The notes: generated from the letters alone by a model not told the origin. A stretch of 64,000 nucleotides of DNA from a virus (IMGVR_UViG_3300015360_000023:1-64000); one strand, 5' to 3'. Shown: positions 20,390-30,441, counted from the first letter of the stretch. Program-made: numbers and translations.

Positions 20390-20453
20390 AATATTAACAT
20401 ATATGTTTGAAGTTACTGCCCGAAATGAAATTTTGTGGCAATAATCCATTATA
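20390..20453 (+). promoter_or_regulatory. Two ATA-N7-ATA motifs upstream of the protease operon
   Basis: AATA-ttaacat-ATA (20390-20403) and AATA-atccatt-ATA (20440-20453). Confidence 0.55.
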
Positions 20454-20489
20454 ATTGAAGTGTATTGTGGTGTCTCCAATGGAGAGCGA

Positions 20490-20645
20490 ATGTTTATCAA
20501 ACACGGTGACGGAAAAATATTATCAGTTGTTGAGGACGAAGAGATGACTGAGCAGCAAAAAAAGTCTGCCAGAGATCTATCCAAAAAGGTCGTCAAACAA
20601 TCTGAAGAGACTGATACTTCAGAAGTGAAGAAATCAGGGAGCTAA
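20490..20645 (+). CDS. Small hypothetical protein (51 aa)
   Basis: GGAG SD then MFIKHGDGKILSVV. Fills the gap between the promoter motif and the protease. Confidence 0.6.
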   Translation: MFIKHGDGKILSVVEDEEMTEQQKKSARDLSKKVVKQSEETDTSEVKKSGS

Positions 20646-20648
20646 TAC

Positions 20649-23600
20649 ATGACTTTCATTAAACTAGGCGAAGCACAAGAGATTAAATTGGAGGACATTG
20701 AGTCCTGCCTTCCTGCTGTTAGTGCTGAAATTCTAGAAAACTTTAGGAAGACGGCTGCTGGCCTTAAAAAGGTCGCACCAAAAGCTGAAGACTTTCTTTA
20801 CTTCTCCGCTGTTATGATGCATGCCGCAGAAGCATCTGCACTTAATGATGATGGAACACAAAAGCTAACTGTCAGAGGCGAACCTGTTAAGGTTGGTTGG
20901 GATAAGAGCGGTGGAACATTACGTTGGATGAGTAATGACCCTAGCATTAAACCTTATAAGAATTCTAATGGAGATATATTTCCAGAGGAAGAACTTGTTA
21001 AGGCACATAAAAAGTGGGTTCATAAGCCTCTTTGCATAGATCATAAATCCAGTTCGGTTGATCATGTTAGAGGCTTTATTGTTGATACCTATTACGATCG
21101 CAATCTAAAAAGAGTAATTGCTCTTTGTGCGCTTGATAAAGCAGGCTACCCTCAATTAGCTAGACAAATTTCTACTGGAGTTTCTAACTGCGTATCCATG
21201 GGTACGGCTGTTGGAAAGGCAATCTGTTCTGATTGTGCCAGAGTGGCTCGTGCAGAAGCTGATTTCTGCGACCACATGAGACGCAAGAGTTGCTACGGTG
21301 AAATCAACGTAGACCTTAACCCTCTTGAATTATCTATTGTAGTTAATGGAGCAGATCCAAAGGCTAATATTAAACACATTATTGCTGCTGCAAATACTCT
21401 TAATACTTATGTTGAAAATAAGCAAAAAGAAATTAAGAAGTTAGCAGAAAGCTTTACAGCTAATATTGATTTTACAACTGGTGATAGTCAAGCCGATAAT
21501 AAGGTTACTCACGTTTCAGTTACATCTAAAGATATTGACACTTTTAAGAAAGATGTCGAAAAGGCTATTGTAGACTTCCAGAGTCTGCAATCTTCATTAA
21601 ATGAAGAAAATATGCAAGAACATGGGAATGATCTTGCATCTAATCAACTGTCGGGTGTTGAAAACGCTTCGGCCGATGATTCTGGATTGGCTCCCCCACA
21701 CGCAAGATATGCATCCTATGAAGTAGGGGCGAATGCTATCGACGAACTTCGAGCGGTTATGAAAGCCATCGAGACCAAGTTGGGCCAAACGCAAGTAAGC
21801 TTGGATAAGTTAGCAAACACTTCTACAACGATACAAGAGGAAAATATGTCAGGTACAAATAACATTAACAAGCAGGGTTATTACCAAGGTGCGGGTGGCG
21901 TAAATGAGCCAACCCCAGGTCAAGCTAAGTATCCGAAGGACCCTCTTAATGAGCAACTTCGTGAAAAAGAGGATAGACAAATGGTAGGTCAATCTCCATT
22001 TCCAGAAGTAGGATCAGTTGAGGGTATGCACCCATCTCCAGATTCCGCTGAGACCTCTGATGAACTACAACGCAAGAAGATGCTTGCCCGTGCTGAATCT
22101 GAAGAGAGAGCAGCTCGTCGTACCGCAATCGTTAACCTTGCAAAGGCCGCTCTTGAAAACAAGACTGCTTACTTCCAGGGTGGTGGTGGCGTAAATGAGC
22201 CAACTCCAGGTAAAGTAAAGTATCCTGCTGATAAGGGTCACATGGCTTATGAAGATGATAAGCACATGCATGGCAAGAAGCCATTCCCAGGTGTTGGGCC
22301 AGTTGATGGCGCATACCCAGAAGATTTAAAGAAGAAGGAACTTCTAAGCAGAGCTGCTCTAAGAGCTAAGTTCGTTAGAGTTGCCAACGAAGAAGGAACC
22401 GCAAACCTAGGTAAGAGTGCTTGGGAAGTTTACAGCGGTGACAAGCTTCTATTAACTGCCTCCGTAGATGAACTATCCGGTGGACGTTCTGAAGTTCTAT
22501 ACGACAGCATTGCAACCAAAGACTTCGGCGCCAAGTTACTTGAAAAGGTAAAGGCTCACGGTGTTGATAAGATTCGCTCTCTTGTAAAGAGTGCACAAGG
22601 CGCTCCTCCAGCAGAAGCAGCCCCACCAGCCGACGCAGGCGCACCACCAGCCGATGTAGCTCCTCCAGCAGAAGATACTGGCAAGTCTGGTGATCCAAAG
22701 GAAACCCTTCTTGATACTGCCGAAAAGGCAAGAGACCTTGTCTCTGATGTTGTTGAAGGTGTTAGAGCCCTTACTGGCGAACAAGCCGAAATGGGCGCTC
22801 CAGATGATGCAGCTCCAGAGATGGGCGCGGCAGCTTCTTTCAGCACTGCTACTCTTAATAACTTAAGAAGAGAACTTAACGGAACACTTACCACTGCTAT
22901 GAAAGAGTGCGCTGCTAACCTAAACGACCACGTTCAAGAACTTGAAATGGTTGCCGGTCTTTATGACAAGGGCGCAGTCACTAATTCTAATGAAGCATTT
23001 GTTGGTGCAATCGTTGAGGACGCGCTTACTGAAGCCAGAGCATCTATTGCCGATGGTTTCAAGCTTATGACCGCATTCGTTAAGTATGCTCGCGGTACCA
23101 AAGCAATTGTAAAACGTGCCGAAATTGAGGCCGAACTTGAGGCATTAGCTGAAGGAGAAAACATGACAGGCGAACTAGACGCCAACAATGGCGACGACTT
23201 AATGGCCATGATCTCTGACACCAACTCCGATTTGGATGCTGTCAAGAGTCTTATGGCAGACGATGAAGGACTATTAGACAATGGTGATGAGACTGAAGGA
23301 CTTCTTGCTGATGACGACAACGACATCAAAGCAGGTGACCTTAAGCCAGAAACTGAACTACCAGAGTTTATGAACCAAGCTTCTTACGATAGCCGTTCCG
23401 GACGTGCCGCACTTCGTGCCAAGCTAGCCGCTGACGCTCTTGGTAAGCAAGATGACGGTGAGTCTCAAGATATGTCTCACGCTAAGTTTAGCGATATGCT
23501 AGGCGAAGCTGACAAGCTTGCTGACGGACAAACTGACTTAGATGTCAAGCCATCTGATAACCTAGGCAAGGTTGAAACCCTACCAGAAGTTAACAAGGCT

Positions 23601-24152
23601 ATGATGGATCTTGCAAAAGCTCCACCTAAGGTCCGTAAGGAAGCAGAAGCTATCTACAGACTTGTTTCTGAAGGTAAGCTTGATCCAGCAGACCTAGATG
23701 CTCTTGTATCAGAAGGTTTGGATAAGGATGCAGTTTCTTACTACAAGAAGTACTTTGCTCAAACCGAAGGTGGCTCTGAATTCGCTAGCGAATTAGTCAA
23801 GGAACACGTTAAGGCTCAACTTGAAGCAGAGCTTAACAAGTACAGAGTCAAGCTAGCTCGTTCTTACGAACTTGCTTATGACATGGTTGACCGTGGTTTG
23901 TGCGGCGGAGACAGAGGCGCAGTATCTAACCAAGTTGATGAGATTATGCAATTCAACGATGAGTCATTCGATTCTCTAAAGAGAGTTGTCGCAAGACACC
24001 CAGTAACTAACCTTCGTAAGGAGGGCGGACGTATGCCACAAGTTGGTGTAATCGGTTCTGGTGACCTTAACACTCCATCTTCACAGTCCGAAGGTGATAT
24101 GCTTGCACAATTAACAGCAGCATTTTCTAAGACTTCCAAGAGAAGCTTCTAA
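20649..24152 (+). CDS. Prohead (maturation) protease fused to scaffolding protein
   Basis: HK97/assemblin-like motifs NGDIFP, KPLCIDH, VSMG and ELSIVVNGADP, with a CSDC...C.H Zn insert. About 900 aa of acidic, coiled-coil scaffold-like sequence follows. Confidence 0.85.
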   Translation: MTFIKLGEAQEIKLEDIESCLPAVSAEILENFRKTAAGLKKVAPKAEDFLYFSAVMMHAAEASALNDDGTQKLTVRGEPVKVGWDKSGGTLRWMSNDPSIKPYKNSNGDIFPEEELVKAHKKWVHKPLCIDHKSSSVDHVRGFIVDTYYDRNLKRVIALCALDKAGYPQLARQISTGVSNCVSMGTAVGKAICSDCARVARAEADFCDHMRRKSCYGEINVDLNPLELSIVVNGADPKANIKHIIAAANTLNTYVENKQKEIKKLAESFTANIDFTTGDSQADNKVTHVSVTSKDIDTFKKDVEKAIVDFQSLQSSLNEENMQEHGNDLASNQLSGVENASADDSGLAPPHARYASYEVGANAIDELRAVMKAIETKLGQTQVSLDKLANTSTTIQEENMSGTNNINKQGYYQGAGGVNEPTPGQAKYPKDPLNEQLREKEDRQMVGQSPFPEVGSVEGMHPSPDSAETSDELQRKKMLARAESEERAARRTAIVNLAKAALENKTAYFQGGGGVNEPTPGKVKYPADKGHMAYEDDKHMHGKKPFPGVGPVDGAYPEDLKKKELLSRAALRAKFVRVANEEGTANLGKSAWEVYSGDKLLLTASVDELSGGRSEVLYDSIATKDFGAKLLEKVKAHGVDKIRSLVKSAQGAPPAEAAPPADAGAPPADVAPPAEDTGKSGDPKETLLDTAEKARDLVSDVVEGVRALTGEQAEMGAPDDAAPEMGAAASFSTATLNNLRRELNGTLTTAMKECAANLNDHVQELEMVAGLYDKGAVTNSNEAFVGAIVEDALTEARASIADGFKLMTAFVKYARGTKAIVKRAEIEAELEALAEGENMTGELDANNGDDLMAMISDTNSDLDAVKSLMADDEGLLDNGDETEGLLADDDNDIKAGDLKPETELPEFMNQASYDSRSGRAALRAKLAADALGKQDDGESQDMSHAKFSDMLGEADKLADGQTDLDVKPSDNLGKVETLPEVNKAMMDLAKAPPKVRKEAEAIYRLVSEGKLDPADLDALVSEGLDKDAVSYYKKYFAQTEGGSEFASELVKEHVKAQLEAELNKYRVKLARSYELAYDMVDRGLCGGDRGAVSNQVDEIMQFNDESFDSLKRVVARHPVTNLRKEGGRMPQVGVIGSGDLNTPSSQSEGDMLAQLTAAFSKTSKRSF

Positions 24153-24180
24153 GAAATTAACAATCAAAATAGAGGATAAT

Positions 24181-25035
24181 ATGTCTTACAAAAGCGTATC
24201 AGATTTTGTTGCTGCCGCAATGGACGCAACCCTAAAGAGTGAAGCCCACAAGTCTTTATTCGGAACTCAATATAAATTTGCATCAGAAGATGAAGATGAT
24301 GCAAAGGACAAGTGCAAGTGTGGTCATTCAAAGGATGATTGCAAATGTGACTCATCTATGGCAGATGGCCCAGCAACTGGTACCGGACAGGGAGCAGATC
24401 CTTATGTCTTCAAGCCAGATACTATCAAGCCAACTCCAAAGCCACCAGCAAAGCCAGGAGAAGTTTCTAAAGCTGATGACTCCTTTGCATGGGACGATAA
24501 TGATGCTCGCAAGAAGAAGAAGGATGAAGAAGAAGATTCATCCAGCGACTCTGCAAGCGCATGGGACGACAATGATGCTCGTAAAAAGAAGGATTCAGAT
24601 GATGATTCCTCCGATAGCTCCAGCGCCGATGATGAAGATCTAAGCTCCGAGGCTGCATTTGATGTAGCAATTGATAGCTTACTTTCTGCTTCCGCTGCAC
24701 TTGATGCAGTTGGAATGGAGAAGTCCGCAACCCTAAGCTTGAGACTAGCCTCTTTGGTTGTCGAAGCTAAGAAGAAGGACAAGGATTCTAAGGATTCCAA
24801 GAAGAGCAAGTCCGATTCTAACGATGCCAAGGACAAGGCTAAGGCCAAGGAAAAGGCTGCTAAGGACAAGGAAAAAGCCGCTAAGGAAAAAGCCAAGGAG
24901 AAGGCCGCTAAGGATACTCAAATGGCAAAAGACAAGGCTGCTAAGGACAAGGCCAAGGAAAAGGCTGATAAAGAGAAGGCTGCTGAAAAAGCCGCTAAGG
25001 AAAAAGAAAAGGCTAAGGCCTCTTCAAAGAAGTAA
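24181..25035 (+). CDS. Highly charged low-complexity protein (K/A/E/D-rich tail), putative internal/DNA-binding head protein
   Basis: AWDDNDARKKK occurs twice and the C-terminus has KAKEKAAKD-type repeats. Contains QYKFAS. Confidence 0.75.
   Translation: MSYKSVSDFVAAAMDATLKSEAHKSLFGTQYKFASEDEDDAKDKCKCGHSKDDCKCDSSMADGPATGTGQGADPYVFKPDTIKPTPKPPAKPGEVSKADDSFAWDDNDARKKKKDEEEDSSSDSASAWDDNDARKKKDSDDDSSDSSSADDEDLSSEAAFDVAIDSLLSASAALDAVGMEKSATLSLRLASLVVEAKKKDKDSKDSKKSKSDSNDAKDKAKAKEKAAKDKEKAAKEKAKEKAAKDTQMAKDKAAKDKAKEKADKEKAAEKAAKEKEKAKASSKK
24487..24630 (+). repeat. Imperfect 72-nt tandem duplication inside the CDS
   Basis: gcatgggacga(t/c)aatgatgctcg starts at 24487 and 24559. Confidence 0.75.
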
Positions 25036-25044
25036 GTTTCTCTT

Positions 25045-25092
25045 AATAAACAGATATAATAAGGGGTTAGGATGAAAACCTTAACCCCTTAT
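25045..25092 (+). promoter_or_regulatory. ATA-N7-ATA motif followed by a stem-loop (possible terminator/attenuator)
   Basis: AATA-aacagat-ATA at 25045-25058. Inverted repeat ataaggggtta (25059-69) / taaccccttat (25082-92). Confidence 0.6.
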
Positions 25093-25109
25093 CTATTATA
25101 AAGGACCCC

Positions 25110-25562
25110 ATGTTTAAAAAAGCTGATTTTGAAGACGAAATTTATCGTTCAATGGAAAAACAACTTGTTTCAAATCAAGTTGAAGATAAGCATGGATTTA
25201 AAAGAATTGCAAAGGCTGCCGAGTATTTAGAGGCGGCTGCTGAGATTTTTGATCAAGCCGGCATGACCCGTGAAGCCGAAGAAACTATTAGTGTTCTTCA
25301 TAGCTTAGCTATGGAGAATTTTTCTATTACTGATTTAGCCGGATTAGAAGATAAAGATCTTCATAATATTTTAGAGATGTCTACACCTAGTCAATTGATG
25401 CAACTATATAATAAAGTTTCAAATGTAGTTAAAGGCGAAGCCTCTCTTTCTGACACACTTAAAGAATCACTAAAAGAAAAAGATCTAAGTGATCCGGAAG
25501 TAAGAAGTGGGCTTATTAGTAAACTTAAAAGTGCACTTAAACTAGCTAAATTTTTTGCCTAA
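25110..25562 (+). CDS. Putative internal head protein, paralogue of 25570
   Basis: MFKKADFEDE...AAEYLEAAAEIFDQAGM resembles MIKKSLFEDE...AADYLNAAVEIFEEAGM. Confidence 0.7.
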   Translation: MFKKADFEDEIYRSMEKQLVSNQVEDKHGFKRIAKAAEYLEAAAEIFDQAGMTREAEETISVLHSLAMENFSITDLAGLEDKDLHNILEMSTPSQLMQLYNKVSNVVKGEASLSDTLKESLKEKDLSDPEVRSGLISKLKSALKLAKFFA

Positions 25563-25569
25563 GGATACC

Positions 25570-26394
25570 ATGATTAAGAAAAGCCTTTTTGAAGATGAAC
25601 TAATTAATGGAATGCAACGCGAGTTACATTCACATGAGAAAAAGCAAGGAATGAACAACCTTGTTAAGGCAGCGGATTATCTTAATGCTGCTGTTGAAAT
25701 CTTTGAAGAAGCCGGCATGACCGCCAAGGCTGATCAAGTTCTAAGACTTCTGGGAAAGATTGCCATCGCTGCTGCTCATGACAGCAAAGTAAGACAAATG
25801 CCCTCCTTACAAAAACTAATGGAAGCTGGCGTTACTCACAAGGATTTAAGAAATACTAATGACCCAGTTTCTAGGGCTCGCGTTAACACAGCGATGAGAG
25901 TCCTTGGATATACTGACAGAGAGATTCAAGGATTTCTTGGTGAAAAGTTCATGAGTGAAGAAGACGCTGCGGATATGTTAAATCCTGAAAAGCCATATGG
26001 TAAAATTATGGAGTGGATTGATAAACCAACTACACCAGTGGATCCAAACAATCTGCAACCAGGCGAAGAGATTAGTTTTGAAAGTATGCCAGATTCGCGC
26101 CCAAAGATGGCTCCTCAAGGTCCCGGCCTTGGTGAAATTAGCATGAAGAGCATTCTAGCCAGTGACGAACAACAGGCCAAGGTAAAATCAAAGAGTCCGG
26201 CTAAAGTTAATGATTCTCACACTAATGGATTAACATCTGAAAAGATGGTTGCTAATCTAGAGAATCACGGAACAGTCTTTAATATGACTGATGATAGTGC
26301 GGCAGATGATCTATTAGATTTAGACTTTAATGAGGCTGCTAACGAACTTTTAGAAGGAAATGCAGAGGATAAAACCTTTGAGGACAGCGATTAA
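25570..26394 (+). CDS. Putative internal head protein, paralogue of 25110
   Basis: Start at ATG 25570 after AGGA. Shared N-terminal domain and an acidic tail. Confidence 0.7.
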   Translation: MIKKSLFEDELINGMQRELHSHEKKQGMNNLVKAADYLNAAVEIFEEAGMTAKADQVLRLLGKIAIAAAHDSKVRQMPSLQKLMEAGVTHKDLRNTNDPVSRARVNTAMRVLGYTDREIQGFLGEKFMSEEDAADMLNPEKPYGKIMEWIDKPTTPVDPNNLQPGEEISFESMPDSRPKMAPQGPGLGEISMKSILASDEQQAKVKSKSPAKVNDSHTNGLTSEKMVANLENHGTVFNMTDDSAADDLLDLDFNEAANELLEGNAEDKTFEDSD

Positions 26395-26438
26395 TACGTT
26401 ATATAGTATGAGAGCGGTATAGATAGAAAAGGAATCTC

Positions 26439-27128
26439 ATGCTACGTTTAGTTCAAGTCGGAAATACACTTCCAGCAACCTTCATTGTCGATCCGTCTGC
26501 TGAATTTCAGCCAGGACAAATTGCTGAATTAACTGTTATTGGTAACCAAGTAATGGCTACCGTAAGTAACGGAACTGCTCCTATTGGTGTTATTGATGAT
26601 ATCAAAACCAAAGCATTTACCAATGTTTCTTGGAATGAAGTTGTCATTGTGCCGGCCATAGGTGTACCTGGTCCCAACAGTACTATAGTAACGCCTATTG
26701 ATATCAAAGCTGAACTTAAAAAGCCAAATATTATATCTTCTAGTTTCAATTCAACTGTTAAGGTAACAGTTAATCCAATTAATGGAGTTATTACATTTTT
26801 GGCAGGCACTCAATTGAATTTCGATTTAACTGGTAGCGGTACGCCTAATGCTATTAGAACTATTGTAAATTATACTTATCAAGTAGCTAATATTCCTGGT
26901 GATGATAGTACTGCGGGCTCTGGAAGAATTACTGTTTGGTTTAATAGAATGTTTTTCCAGACTGACCAGTATGAAACGAACCAGCAATACCCGGTCCGTG
27001 CCAATTTATACGTTTCTGAAGCGGGCTTCTTGACCACCAGAAGGCCTAGCAGCATTCACCCCGCTGTAGCTATGGTTACGGCCCCACCTACGCCAATGAA
27101 TCCCATGATCGAGGTTTTGTGGTTTTGA
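26439..27128 (+). CDS. Capsid decoration-like protein, paralogue of 34418
   Basis: Shares STAGSGRITVW and LYVSEAGFLT with TATGSGKVTCW and LYFTSAGLLT of the gene preceding the MCP. Confidence 0.6.
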   Translation: MLRLVQVGNTLPATFIVDPSAEFQPGQIAELTVIGNQVMATVSNGTAPIGVIDDIKTKAFTNVSWNEVVIVPAIGVPGPNSTIVTPIDIKAELKKPNIISSSFNSTVKVTVNPINGVITFLAGTQLNFDLTGSGTPNAIRTIVNYTYQVANIPGDDSTAGSGRITVWFNRMFFQTDQYETNQQYPVRANLYVSEAGFLTTRRPSSIHPAVAMVTAPPTPMNPMIEVLWF

Positions 27129-27197
27129 ACCCGGTGATTGAAGTGCTCTGGTTAATCAAACGGAAAACGACTGATATATAATGTTTCAGAGGTTCAA

Positions 27198-27971
27198 ATG
27201 ACCGACGAAACACAAGACAATCGAATTCACTATCTTTACTGCATTACTAATAAAATCAACGGAAAAATCTATATCGGTCAAACAGTCCAGCCTGATAAAA
27301 GGTGGTATCAGCACAAAAATATGGCCGCTCAAGATCAGCCCATGATGATAATTTCCTACGCTATCAAAAAATATGGTAATCAAGCGTTTGAATTTGAAGT
27401 GATAGCTGGATGTAAAACTTGGGATGATGCAAATGATATAGAAACTTTGTTAGTTTCACAATATGGTAGCCTAGTACCCAATGGATACAATGTTTCACTT
27501 GGCGGCATGAATGCGCCTAAATCTGAAGCTTGGATCCAGGCCATGAAAGCCTGGCATGCTTCATTATCTTCCGAAGAACGAGCGGAAATTAGTAAAAAAC
27601 AAGCCGAAGCAACCGCAAATCAAATTGCTACCAAGGGTCATCCCGCCGCTGGCCGTATCGTTACACAAGAAGAAAGAGAATTGCATCGTAAGACACGTTT
27701 GGAAAACCCTATTAATTACACCGAAGAACTACGACAAAAAATGTCTGAGGCCCATATTGGAATCAAAGATTCCGAAGAGACTAAAGCTAGTAAATCTGCA
27801 AGCGCTACAGAAGCCTGGGAGAAACGAATTGATTATTCTCGTAAATGCGAAGCTCCTGGCTGTGAGATTTCCGGTAAGGTCAAATACAAGATAATTAACG
27901 GAATTCGTTATTGTAACAAGCATGGCCTACGAATGTTACGCTATAATAGATTAGATACTTTAGATAGCTAA
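27198..27971 (+). CDS. GIY-YIG homing endonuclease (free-standing)
   Basis: YLYCITNKINGKIYIGQT...RWYQH and NUMOD3-like YTEELRQKMSEAH. C-terminal Cys/His cluster. Confidence 0.9.
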   Translation: MTDETQDNRIHYLYCITNKINGKIYIGQTVQPDKRWYQHKNMAAQDQPMMIISYAIKKYGNQAFEFEVIAGCKTWDDANDIETLLVSQYGSLVPNGYNVSLGGMNAPKSEAWIQAMKAWHASLSSEERAEISKKQAEATANQIATKGHPAAGRIVTQEERELHRKTRLENPINYTEELRQKMSEAHIGIKDSEETKASKSASATEAWEKRIDYSRKCEAPGCEISGKVKYKIINGIRYCNKHGLRMLRYNRLDTLDS

Positions 27972-27983
27972 TATCTCTGCATA
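27970..27983 (+). promoter_or_regulatory. ATA-N7-ATA motif
   Basis: AATA-tctctgc-ATA upstream of 28016. Confidence 0.55.
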
Positions 27984-28015
27984 TTATTAGTAAATTCCTT
28001 TATCCGAGGCCATCC

Positions 28016-29212
28016 ATGACTTTTAAGCACGTAAAATTTGAAGATTCCGCAATAATGCGTTCCCTTGAGAAAGTAGCAAGAGAAAAGGGTCTTATTAAAG
28101 AAGAAGATCTTATTAAGAAAGCTTCCAAGAGCATTGACTTATCACCAACCCCCGTATTGCTTGTTAACCTACTCAAGCTAGCTAATGGTTTGCGTGATAA
28201 AGGTTATGATGATGCTGCTGCCGAATTAGAGAACAAGGCTATTGCTTACAAGCAAGCCCAGTCTCTTTATGAGACTTCCAAAGAAAAGGGTGAAGATCTT
28301 ATTGATGCCGCTCATCCAAAGGGAAGTCACAAACTTGAAGGCGTTGAAGGCGATGCACTTTTCGAGACCATTCTTGATCAACATTTGGCAGACTTAGAGG
28401 TTGTTGAAAAGAAACCAACCGGCAAGCTAGCCTCTTCTAGAGACATTCTAAAAGCTGTTAGAATTGTTCTAGCAGGTACAGATGAAGAAAATGAAAATGT
28501 TGCACGCGGACAATTTCTTTCCATCGTTTCTGATTTAACTAATTTAGTTGCTAGAGTTATGAGAAATGAGGATTTGTCTGATTGGACTTATCACTCTCCA
28601 ATGAATTTTGGTAACCTTAGAGAAGATGAAGAGGCAGGCACGGGCGTAGCTACCGGGACCACTAAGGGTCACATGGAAGTTCTTACTGGTAATTTGAATG
28701 AACTATCTAAGAAAGGTCCTTCTCAAGAAACCATTAGAGAGATTCAAAAAAATATTAATACGCTAACTTCTCTTATTAGAGATGCTGATCATATTAATCC
28801 TGTTGCCAGAGGAAAATATACATCTGACGCTAGAACTATTTACTCTAGAACCCCAAAGGTATTAGAGGCCCTTCGTGGTGAGGGTGCTGCGGTAGCTCCA
28901 GTTGCTCCAGTTACTATTCCAACAGTAAATGTTACTAGTGGGCCATTAGGAAAAATGTTTGGTCAAATTACTGCGTTAAAAAGCAAACTTAATCTTTGGA
29001 AGTCTTTCAGATCTATTTCTAAAAACCGTGAAGCTATGAATTGGATTAACGAAGAAATTAAATCACTTGATGATATTGATCAGAGATACGATAAAGTGCC
29101 AGAAGATCAAGAAGCCGCTGCGGCCCCCCAAATGCAACGAGAATTAAATGAAGAAGTCGAAGGCATTAATGAATTTGAAGGTACTTGGATTAAACCTGCT
29201 GGCAACGCTTAA
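28016..29212 (+). CDS. Putative internal head/ejection protein, paralogue of 33023
   Basis: SLEKVAREKGLI...LY...DLIDAAHP matches SFVKIAQEKGMI...LY...NIMEAAHP. Confidence 0.7.
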   Translation: MTFKHVKFEDSAIMRSLEKVAREKGLIKEEDLIKKASKSIDLSPTPVLLVNLLKLANGLRDKGYDDAAAELENKAIAYKQAQSLYETSKEKGEDLIDAAHPKGSHKLEGVEGDALFETILDQHLADLEVVEKKPTGKLASSRDILKAVRIVLAGTDEENENVARGQFLSIVSDLTNLVARVMRNEDLSDWTYHSPMNFGNLREDEEAGTGVATGTTKGHMEVLTGNLNELSKKGPSQETIREIQKNINTLTSLIRDADHINPVARGKYTSDARTIYSRTPKVLEALRGEGAAVAPVAPVTIPTVNVTSGPLGKMFGQITALKSKLNLWKSFRSISKNREAMNWINEEIKSLDDIDQRYDKVPEDQEAAAAPQMQRELNEEVEGINEFEGTWIKPAGNA

Positions 29213-29222
29213 TGAGGGATAA

Positions 29223-30437
29223 ATGTCAAAGAAAAACCTAAGAGAGCTAGTAGAAGAAATTCAAAAGTACGCAAAGAAGCCACCTCCACCCCCAGCAGGT
29301 TACAAGGTAGAAGCTCCTGCGCCTACTGCCGCTCCAGTTGCAGGTAATGCACCAGCCGCTCGTTCGGGCGCACGCCCTGTTCCAAAACCAGGTCAACCAG
29401 CAGCAGCGACACATTCAAATGTGTCTACTGAAATACAGAAGATGCAATTCGCTATGCAGAGAGTGGCAAAAACAGTTTCTTCAACTATTAATTACGATGC
29501 TTTAACAAAAGCATTACAAGGTAATCCTGGAGTCGATAAAAGACAAGTTGAAAAGTCTATTGGTAGAGACGCATTCAGTACTATTTTAATTAACAGAATG
29601 CGTGGCGCAAAAACTAAAGGTGTAGAGTTTGATCCAAATCAAAGTAAAACAAAAATGCAAGATAAAAACCCTTCTGATCTGAAGAGTTTGTTTGTAGTAT
29701 TGGATTCTCTTAGAAGAATTGGCGCAGGTAAAGACGAAGGTAATCCTGATGGAGCTTGGGGACCTAGAACTAATAATGGCCTTAAAAATATTGCTTCAGT
29801 TGCTGAGGCGCTTAATAAATTAGGCACAGAATTAGCTATGCAGTCACAAGCATTTGATCCATCGCATATGGAACAATTAAATTCTCTTATTCCAGAATCA
29901 GATAAAGAAATTGATCAGAATGAAAAAGTTAAAAGAGCACCAGTAATTGCCAAACTTTTGGCTGGAGTTCAAGCCTTAGTATTAGATTTTAAAGATCAAA
30001 TATTGGCTAATCCAAACTACGCTGTTTTCATTGATGATCAAAAATCATTATTTGATGTTGGTGCCGATAAAGAAAAGGTGTTTCAGCCTGAAAACGAAGG
30101 CGAGAAACTAATTTATGATTCACTTAGAAATGAAAAAAGTAAAAGTAGATTTATTAGAGATACAAATGGGACAATAGTTCCGGTTGCATCTGTTAAGATT
30201 CCAGCAGAATATACTGGTGGTAAAGAGTTACCACCATTTAATATTACTGGTGCCGACTTAGTTGATAAAGAATCATTCGATCATTGGGCAAATAGTAATT
30301 CTGTTTTAATGAATCTTATGAAGAGCAATCCAACAACCTGGAATAATGTTGTTTCATTTATTCTATCTGATACGCAGAAGCAAATACAACAAAAACTACA
30401 AGGCCCAGCGACTACCCCGCTTCAAGAGACAAGGTAA
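29223..30437 (+). CDS. Putative ejection protein with a peptidoglycan-binding-like motif
   Basis: PDGAWGPRTNNGL resembles the PG_binding_1 DGxxGPxT signature. IQKYAK followed by a Pro/Ala linker. Confidence 0.55.
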   Translation: MSKKNLRELVEEIQKYAKKPPPPPAGYKVEAPAPTAAPVAGNAPAARSGARPVPKPGQPAAATHSNVSTEIQKMQFAMQRVAKTVSSTINYDALTKALQGNPGVDKRQVEKSIGRDAFSTILINRMRGAKTKGVEFDPNQSKTKMQDKNPSDLKSLFVVLDSLRRIGAGKDEGNPDGAWGPRTNNGLKNIASVAEALNKLGTELAMQSQAFDPSHMEQLNSLIPESDKEIDQNEKVKRAPVIAKLLAGVQALVLDFKDQILANPNYAVFIDDQKSLFDVGADKEKVFQPENEGEKLIYDSLRNEKSKSRFIRDTNGTIVPVASVKIPAEYTGGKELPPFNITGADLVDKESFDHWANSNSVLMNLMKSNPTTWNNVVSFILSDTQKQIQQKLQGPATTPLQETR

Positions 30438-30441
30438 TACA

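Noticed and set aside
21597-24896. Long antisense/alternative-frame ORFs (e.g. 22556-22894, 22961-23329, 24402-24896, 24758-25075)
   Set aside because: They are shadows of biased, low-complexity coding sequence, with no SD or recognisable motifs. The same applies to most short overlapping ORFs in the track.
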